From the NCBI RefSeq assembly GCF_009914755.1, contig NC_060940.1: a stretch of DNA of 64,000 bases. One strand, 5' to 3'. Below, piece after piece: positions 55,001 to 64,000 of the stretch. Both the position numbers and the translations under genes were made by a program. The notes below the pieces were generated by a model that saw only the letters and a list, made by a program, of their open reading frames with translations, did no database searches and had not been told where the DNA came from. Source of the stretch: the human T2T-CHM13v2.0 reference genome, Homo sapiens. Each line of letters opens with the position of its first letter. The stretch's first letter is position 1.

Positions 55001-55839
55001 CACAGGCTAACAGCAAATGGCCCAACACACCTCACTGCTGTTTTTATTTTTCATACGGTCAGAGGAATAGCAAGGATTCTTTGGCTCATGAAATCCCTTG
55101 GCCTAGCTCAAAAGAGCAAACTTTCCATTGATTCATCATTTATTTATTTTTTTCTAACTCACAAGCCTCATCTATGCCTGTCGTTGTTCTTGAATCCAGA
55201 CCCTGGGACATCAAGGTGAACGTGGCATAGTCTCAGCCCTATGGAAACAGACTCCGCTGTTTGACTGTTGCTGGTTCAGTTGACCTTTGGGTCACAGAGT
55301 GAAAGGGGTCATTCTGGAGAATACTGTCAGCCATGGGAGGAGAAAGAAAGAGGAACCACCCTCTGCCTGCAGAAGTTAACCCTTATACTCCTACAAGGAA
55401 GGTAAGAATTGTTCAAGGGAAAAGGATCAGTGAAGGGGGATTGGGGCTGAGGAAATGCCATTTTCAAAGGCAAGTAGGGCAGGGCATCAAAGCCTATTTA
55501 GGATTGTCAGAGAGTCTATTTGGGAGGGTGGTGAAGGTTGGTTTGTGTGCTAAAAGTGTGCTTCAGGAGGTTGGTCTTTCAATAAGCCTGCAACCAAAAC
55601 TTACCTTCTCTTTTCTTATTGATTATGAAAACTCTGGACCCATGCAATTAATAGGCTAGCCTTGGCACCAAAATTCTCAGAACGGTTCTATGTGGAGAAA
55701 TTTAAACTGTGACTAATATCATGGGCTCCTAAGTTAAAAATTTCTAACACAATTTTGTGTTTGGAACACAATGCCAATGTTCACCACCAGAATCATGCCC
55801 ATAGAGCAATGAGGCTACCCTCTCCTTTGGAGGCTTTGT

Positions 55840-56010
55840 CTTCAGACAGACTGAGACTGAGATTTAAGTTCAAACTTCAGCTCTTACTAACTGTGCAATC
55901 TTGGACAAGGTATTTCATCTGCCTGAGACTCGGAATCCATGTCTAAAAAATGTGGAGAATGTTCATGACCTCATGGTCATTTTGTGAAGATGTGATAAGC
56001 GTTAGAAAAT
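55840..56010 (+). mobile_element. MIR remnant
   Basis: CAGACAGAC..GTTCAAACTTCAGCTC.TACTAACTGTGCAATCTTGGACAAG. Confidence 0.7.
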
Positions 56011-56739
56011 TCTAGAAGTCTGTCTACCAATGGCATCCCTGAGATGATAGGAATTGTCCTTAGGCCATCAAAGCCTTGCCTGTAATCAGGGTTTCCATGT
56101 TTCGTTCTCCAGATAGTGCAGGTAAACATTGCTATACCCTTAGGGACTTGGGAACATGCCTTAATAATACCATTGCTTACAATATTCAGTGAAGTAAGAA
56201 ATTATCGCAATGTGCTTAAAAGAAACACATCTTAATAAGACAGTCAGCTTTTTGGATCAGCTTTTCTCCAGAGGAAGTTTTCTCAGCTTGCCTGTCCACT
56301 GGAATCACTTTAGGGTAATCAAACATTACATGTGTCTAAGCTCCACCCCGGAAATTGTTATTTATGATTTATTAGTTCTGGGTACAGCGAACAGGGCACA
56401 GGCAAGGGTGGAAAACCACAGCTTTAAAGGAGAACAGTTTAAACACATGTTTTAGGATGTCTTCCTCCTTAAGACACCCTACCCACACCTACTTTTTCTT
56501 ATTAAGATGTGTTTCTTTTAAGCACGTGTCTATAATGTCTTCCTTTTCTGGGGAATGTAAGCAATGGTATTAAGCTGCAAGAATGTGGGTGGAAAGAGGA
56601 GATAGGTCTCAGAGCGTGAACTTCTTTTAAAGGTCTGCCTGCAGTTGACAACAATGTTGTTTTCTGAGATCCCTGGATATCTCCTCTGAAATCATTTGGG
56701 AGCAATTACTGGTCCAGTAATAGAATAGGATAGGATTCT

Positions 56740-57030
56740 CAAAGTCACAGATTAAGCCCAACATCTCAGCTTAATACAAGGTGTGTTTCTTATGCACACA
56801 AAGCTTTGTGGGGACTGGATGCTTTTCTTCAATCTTGTTTCTATGCCAAATAGAATGCATGCCTTCCAAGGTTACTGTGGCAGAAGAGAAATTATCAGAG
56901 ATTTCAAAGGCCCAGGCCTGGCAGCAGGCAACAGTCACTGTTACCAACTTAAGGCTAAGGTAGACCAGGAAATAAGTCCTTTGTGTGCCCAGAAAGAGGA
57001 AAGGTACAGCAAGCACAAATCAGTTAGTCT
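56740..57030 (-). mobile_element. Old MaLR LTR remnant (MLT1I/J-like)
   Basis: CATGCCTTCCAAGGTTACTGTGGCAG...GGAAATAAGTCCTTTGTGTGCCCAGAAAGAG. Confidence 0.5.
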
Positions 57031-57159
57031 CCGTCACAGGCAGCTGCACCCACACACTTTGGCTGTTGAGCCCCAGGCATTCTTTCAGCTCATGAATCTC
57101 AAACTTTTATGTCCATGCACTCAGATCTCTCTATCAAAAAACCAAACCAAGAAAATCTA

Positions 57160-57483
<324 letters not shown>

Positions 57484-57487
57484 CTAT

Positions 57488-57952
57488 TGTACTAGTTGCC
57501 TAGAGCTGCTGTAACAAAGTACCAAAAACTGGGTAGCTTTAAACAACAGAAATATATTTTCGAATAGTTCGGAAGACCAGAAGTTGTAAATCAAGGTGTC
57601 AGCGGGGGCAAGCTTCACTGAGGCTCTAGGCTGCGTCCTTTCTCGATTCTTCCTAGTTCTGGTGCTAGCTGGTAGCCTTGGGTTTCCTTGGGTTGCAGCT
57701 ACATCAGTTCAATTCATGCTTCCATCATCACACAGCCATCTTCACGTCACCTTCCATTGTTTTATGTGTCTGTCCAGATTTCCCCTTTTTATAAGGTCAC
57801 CAGTTAAATTAAAACAGATCCCACCCTAATGACTTCATCTTACCTTGATGAAAGGCCCTATTTCCAAATAAGATCACATTTTGAGGTACCAGGGGTTAGG
57901 ATTTCAACATATCTTTTTTTTGGGGGGGGGGGTCGCAATTCAACACGTAACA
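57488..57952 (-). mobile_element. MaLR solo LTR, MLT1C-like
   Basis: TGTACTAGTT..GCTGCTGTAACAAAGTACCA..AACTGGGT..TTAAACAACAGAAAT...CCTATTTCCAAATAAG.TCACATT...AATTCAAC..TAACA. Confidence 0.9.
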
Positions 57953-58210
57953 TCCACTTTTCAGAAGATTGGCATCCGTAGGCTTTAAGGCATTTTAGTC
58001 TCCATCGAGCATGAGTTAAATTCATGCAAGCCACAGCAGAGGTGAGAAACAACATTATTTGTCTGCATTCCCCATACTTATGATTAATACCATGGTCTGC
58101 TATTCACCATGTGGTGAGCCAAGGGCCATAGCCCTCCTTCAACTCTAGACCTAACATTCTCAGATGAATAGAAGAAAGACTGGAAGAAAAGTTGAGTAAC
58201 CATTATCTAT

Positions 58211-58225
58211 ATTTGTGATGCAAAT
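58211..58225 (+). promoter_or_regulatory. SOX-OCT composite-like motif ATTTGTGATGCAAAT
   Basis: 13/15 match to the POU5F1::SOX2 consensus CTTTGTTATGCAAAT, with a perfect octamer ATGCAAAT. Confidence 0.3.
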
Positions 58226-59917
58226 ATAGATACTTTTAAAATCCCTTCTTTATACACTCTGATTGCTTTACCTGCAGGTTTCCTTTAATGCAAAAGCATT
58301 GTTTCAGAATTTCAAAATCCAATAATGAGTCTTTCCATTTCTCGTGCTATCTTCCATATCCAAGATTCATACCTTGTTTCTGGCCTTCTGCTCTGTTAAT
58401 TGATCCTTCCTTATGGGTGTTCATTTCATATCATTCTGTGGTCCACTGAAGTTTACGAGTGGAAACTTTGATTGGATGTTTTTGCCTATCATATCGTTTC
58501 TAGCATGTTGCCATATCCTGAGTTGAGAGTGTTCATAGGTAAAACAATCAGGCTTTTCATGGCTCCAACACAGCAAACATTTGTAACTTCTTCTGGATTG
58601 CTCAGTGCTATGACAAGTTGTGGACTTTTAAGCCAGATAAGGACTTTTGAAAAAATATGAAGCTCTTAAACAGATGCAAACGAGAGGTTTCAAGCAGGTC
58701 CAAGGGGTAGAAACAGAAGTGTAGCAAATACCTGTTCACTAGTGTCATCGGGGGCATTGTTAGTAATCTTTAACCTGAAAATCTGAATAAAGTAGAATTA
58801 TGTGAAATGGGATAAAACAAAGAAAACAAAATAAATCCCGGGAGTAAATAGTTTGCTTTCTGACAATAAGGAAAAAAAAAAAATTGAACCAGCCAGGTAT
58901 CTCTGCCCTAAATCAGGGACTTGGGAGCATGATAGGAAAGTTAAGGAAGCTTGCTTCTCTCGTTGAACTGTCATCTGATGGCTTTTATAAGACAAACAGC
59001 AGCTGCTCTGCCTTGTCAGCAGCCTTCAATGCATTCTTACCTCTAATAGGATTGAACAAGCCACTCTGCAGTCTCACCTCCAACCTGGAGAATTCCTGTC
59101 TCAAGGGACTCCACCCATGGCCTGGTAACACAAAATGCCCCTTGGCGCTATCCTCAAGGCACATTTGAGTCACCCCTGACAGTAAAATTTGCATATATCC
59201 CCAGACTACTCCTTCCACGCCCTTGCATGCCTCTGGGCCCTGGAGTTTGCACTGGTCTTGCTGCAGCCTGGGTGCTACCTAGCTTGAAACAGATGCTACA
59301 GAGTCTGCTTCTTGGGAGGTGATTGCGCCAAGTGCCTGAGATTTAAAATGACAGGGTGCATTTAAATGTAAATTCGTCACTGAAGAGCAAGTCTTCACTA
59401 GTGGAAATTTACTTCCCATAATCTGCAAGTTCCCTCTGCAGCACTGCTTCGGGTAAGGCCAGGATCCCCACCCAAAGAAATGCAGACTCTACTCAATGTG
59501 TTCTTGTTTTGAAGTGGACAAAGAGGCCAAGGAACCAGAGGAAGGGACCACCTGCTGCCTGGGGGAAACTTTCATTATGTTAACATTGACCCTATTCAAA
59601 CCCTGATTTTTTGTTTTCCTAGTTGAGAGAAGAACATACATACACAGACATTCTGATGGGGACAGGCCAAATCAGATACACACTAGCATGCACCTGCCCA
59701 TATGCGCACAAGCACACATTACACACCCAACTCTATGTGTTCATCCACACTTGTGCACCTAAACATAAGTGTAGACATGCTTACACACGTGAAGCTGCAG
59801 GAAGCAGTGCTGAGGAGTGTGTATGGGCTTTTGAGTGTAGCTGCTGGGCTTCAGTCCTCCCCCTCCTAAGCTGGGTGATTGGGGACAAGTCATGTCACAC
59901 CATTAAATAAGAATATC

Positions 59918-60200
<283 letters not shown>

Positions 60201-62864
60201 GAATATCAACCATGCCTACCTTTTGTGTTTGTTCTGAGGTTTTCACATGAAAAAACATGGAAAGTGCTTAGGACTCCAGATTGCCCATTCAAGCATTCAA
60301 GTTACTATCATCATTGTCATCATTCATATATTCCCACCTATCGACACCAGTGAGCAAGCAAGCTTCTGAGCTATTTGTTCTAGTGCCCCTTCTTGCCTGG
60401 AAAGCTCATCCTCATGGAACTGGCAGCCAATAGGAAATGGAAATTGCCTCCAACAGACTGACAAGGTGCCCAGACAGGTGAGATTGCTGAAGAATCAGAG
60501 CCCAGCTTCTGTTTGCATGCCCAGCTTAAATACGTAACAGCAACAACACAGCCACAACTACAAAGAATAAAAGAACTCAGCCTGTTCCTGCAAATTAGCT
60601 TATAAATTCTCAAACTTTATTTGCAACTACGTTGGGTTTAGGAGAAAGACCTTTATTACCCAAACATTATAAGACTACCATTTGTACTGAACATTGAAAA
60701 TAGAAAAGTGAGAAGGCTTGCCCTCTGTCCTACAGCAGGGCATAATCTAGTGAGGGAAGCAGGGTCATAAATAGCTCACAATGGCAGGGTAGATAAGTGT
60801 TTGTAGGAGTTAAAGTCAAGGAGTTATTGAAACCCAAGAAAAGGGGTGTGTTACCCAATGAGGGTGGGAGGGTGAAGAAAGTGCCTGAGGATGGCTTTAC
60901 AGCAGGAGTGAGATTCCACCTGGAATTGAGGGGTTGGATAGTCATGAGAAGACTGAGATGGGGACAGTGTCCCTGACTCAGGGAACAGCTCGTGCCAAGT
61001 CGGATGAGATACTTGGGTGTGGCTGCAGTTTAGGGCTTGCACATGGGCAGCTCAGTACTGGGAAGGCAGGCAAGGGGAATGCTGTCCTTTCACTGCCCAA
61101 GCCTGAGTTTATCAGGTGCTCCATGCAAGACACCACGTGAGAATGGAAAATGACCTTCAGCATTGTCCGTGGTGTCTTTCCATGATCTTGGTTGCACTAT
61201 CTTTAAAGCTCGCCTCTTCTGAGAACTTTTCCCTGATTCCTCCATACTGCGCCTTTTCCACACATTCATGTCCACGTTGCTTGACTCAGTTGTGCATGAA
61301 ACATGTGAATTTTAGTCCCAGTGTATACCCAGAGACACCATTTGAGCTCAAGGAGCTTGCTTTGAATGGAAAGAATCGGGTCCTTTACAAATGGCCAATT
61401 GCTGTAGGGGGAAAGTTATTTAATTGGCTCATTGTCTTTTTTTAAAATTATTATTAATAGTGTTAAAAAGTTTAGCTCAACATAGAGTTGCTGAACACCT
61501 TTGCAGTGTCAGAAGTAATCCAGTCCTCTCCTGAATGCCAGCTGTCAGCGTCATCAGGAGGCACAGAGCCTGCTCCCAGAGCAGCTGGGTAGGGGCACAG
61601 GAGCCTGCTTCCCTCCCACCATGGAGTAGGAGCACAGTCCTTCTACAATTGTTGCCTTCACAATTGTGAATTCAAATAACCCAGTTACATAACCCAGCAT
61701 CTGTGATGGTCCATTGTTCTGGCCAGCCCTCTCGGCTTTTGTTCCTTCCTCCGTGCACCAGATCCTGAATATTCACCCATTACAGAGACCACGAGGTACT
61801 CTGCATTCTTTTTTTTTTTTCTTTCCCTCAGTTGAAATGGATCTTTGCATTCACCAGTTATTTACAAATATTCCAGTTTCCTCCTCTGCAGCAGGCCATG
61901 ATGTCTCCTAACTTGTTAAAATTAGAGGACTAGGGGTATGGGGGCATAAAAGTAGAAATCTCACTTGCATGATAGCTCTGTAAATAATAGATAGTTGGAG
62001 GGAGACAAGCCAAGTTGCCAAAATTGGTAGTTAAGTTGCAGGACAGACTGCAGTCATTGTCTGGGTGTGGACGGAACCCTCCTTCTTTCCCTATATGGCA
62101 GATTTTATGATGTCAGGTTTCACCCAGCTCTAATTAAAAGATCCAGTTGCCCTTGTGTGCCAGGGAGCTATTTTATCTTTAGTATCTCTCTTTTTTTTTT
62201 TTCAGTGACAAAACTATTTTCTTTTTACATTTTTTTCCTTCAGAAAAGACATGATACAACTGAAAAAAAAAAAGAAGGCCTTAAACATGGTGCCCCAAGC
62301 TAAGTAACCTTTAAAAAAAAAAAAAAAGAAAGGAATAATACCCACTCAGTTGAAACAGGAGCATACTTTTGTAGGTTTCTCCCTTTGGCTCCTTGGCAAG
62401 GCCTAGAATGAACAGTTGTTGTGAATGAGGCTATTTGCTGAAGTCTGGCTTTGTCTACCTGCGGTACCGACTCTATGGTTTTGATTGAATCGACAGTCCT
62501 GTTATTTAGGGGACCCTCTCTGAGGAATCCACTCCCTGAGTCAGCAGTTTAGATGGCCGAATTGGCCATGATCCCAACATTTTCGGGAGCCTCCCAGGCC
62601 GAGCCATGTGGCTCTCCTGGTTTCCAAGTAGACTCAGTATTGGGGTTATCCAAACATTTCCTTTAGGATCTGACTCCACTTCCCATGGTCTTGTGTGGGA
62701 ATCATCCGTCAGGTTCACAGATCCAGAAATGCCTGTGATCTAACCTAGTACAACATGTGGCCTGAGTTTCAAAACCTGAGAGTGATGTTAATGGTTATGA
62801 TGTCTTATCTCCTTCTCGCTGGAGTTTATTCATTCATGAACCCACGCAGGTTAAGATCACATGT

Positions 62865-63085
62865 ACAGATAGCACTGATTGAGTGATCTCTATGTGCTGA
62901 GCAGTGAATCAAATGCTTTGAGTCTTACATCATTGGATTCTCCCAACAACCCTCTTATTATCCCAATTTTATGAAAGAAGACCCTGAGACTCAGAGTGAT
63001 TGATAAAAAGACTTAAGGCCAAACAACTCTTAAGGGAGGAAGCTGGACTTGGAATCTGGGAAGCCTGATGCCAGAATCTGTGATC
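62865..63085 (-). mobile_element. MIR remnant
   Basis: TCTCCCAACAACCC..ATTATCCCAATTTTA...CTGAGACTCAGAG..AAGGCCAAACA..AGCTGGACTTGGAATC. Confidence 0.75.
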
Positions 63086-63390
63086 AAAAGCAGAAACCTC
63101 TACGCCTCATCCATTCTTTCCTTCAGGAAACATATTTGGATCAATTTTTATGTTTCTTTGTTTGAGAAAATGTCAAACAATGTCCCTTGATCCAACAAAA
63201 AAGATGCAGAGTGAAATCACATATAATGAAACCAATTTTGTTCTCATTAACATTATAAAGAAAGTTGAATAAAATGGTGTTATTCCAATACCTACTTTAT
63301 GTTGTTTCACTGACAGTGGCAGTTTCCAAGAACCTATAGAGACATTGAGTGATAATTAACTTTATGGTGAAATGTGATCTTCATGGAGAT

Positions 63391-63974
63391 TGTCTTTATC
63401 TTCTATTTCTATGGAACAAATTACCAAAAACAGAGATTTTAAAGGACATTCATTTACTATCTCACAGTTTCCATGGATCCGAAGTCCGGGTGAGCTTAGG
63501 GTCTTAAAAGCAAAAGTCAAGGTATTGGCTGGGTTGGGCTCTTATCTCCAGGCTCTGGGGAGGAATTTGCTTCCAAATTCATTTTGGTCCTTGGTCAAAT
63601 CCAGTTCTTTGCAGCTGCAAGGACTGAAGTGTCAGTTTTCCTCCTTGCTGTCAGCTGGGGCCACTTTCAGCTTCTAGAGACGTCTATTTGGTCCTCATTA
63701 CATGGACTTTTTCATCTTCAAAGCCAGTGATGGCTGGTCCAGTTCTCCTTGTACTTTAAATCTCACTGACTTCCCTTCTGCCTCCAGTTAGTGGAAACGC
63801 CCTGCTTTTAAAGGGCTCACCTGACTGAGTCAGGTCCACCTGCACTTTCTCTCCATATGTTAACATCACCTAATTGCATCTGCAAAATCCCTTCACAGCA
63901 GCACGTAGATAAGGGTTTCTTCAACAATCAGGGGACCAGAATCTTGGGGGCGAGCATTGGGATTCTGCCTAACA
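63391..63974 (-). mobile_element. MaLR solo LTR, MLT1E-like
   Basis: AACAAATTACCA...ATCTCACAGTTTC...GGCTCTGGGGAGGAATTTGCTTCCAA...CTGCTTTTAAAGGGCTCA...ATCTGCAAAATCCCTT...ATTCTGCCTAACA. Confidence 0.88.
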
Positions 63975-64000
63975 TGAGGTAAAATTGAGCACTGGAAGGT

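Noticed and set aside
61657-61670. 14-bp perfect palindrome TTCACAATTGTGAA
   Set aside because: A few 14-bp palindromes are expected by chance in 64 kb.

Overview
This is primate genomic DNA, most likely human. It is CpG-depleted, has no CpG island, and looks intronic or intergenic. I find no supportable protein-coding gene, processed pseudogene, tRNA/rRNA/snRNA or CRISPR array. The listed ORFs are short chance frames or translations of Alu, L1, LTR and simple repeats. The window contains 18 Alu copies (J, S and one very young AluYe5-type element with a perfect 15-bp TSD) and a 1.35-kb 3' L1PA/PB fragment. It also has many MaLR/ERVL solo LTRs (MLT1, MST, THE1, MLT2, LTR16, LTR33), hAT MER elements, ancient L2/MIR/L3 remnants and several microsatellites, including a pure (CTT)28/(GAA)28. 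Repeat-free islands rich in developmental TF motifs are candidate enhancers. The most notable structure not explained by repeats is two short non-tandem paired duplications (about 110 bp and 92 bp), a perfect 36-bp tandem duplication, an Alu-associated deletion inside an LTR33, and a nested inverted-Alu cluster. I see no convincing new biological system. Repeat subfamily names are recalled from consensus sequences and need RepeatMasker/Dfam confirmation. The host locus cannot be identified from the sequence alone.
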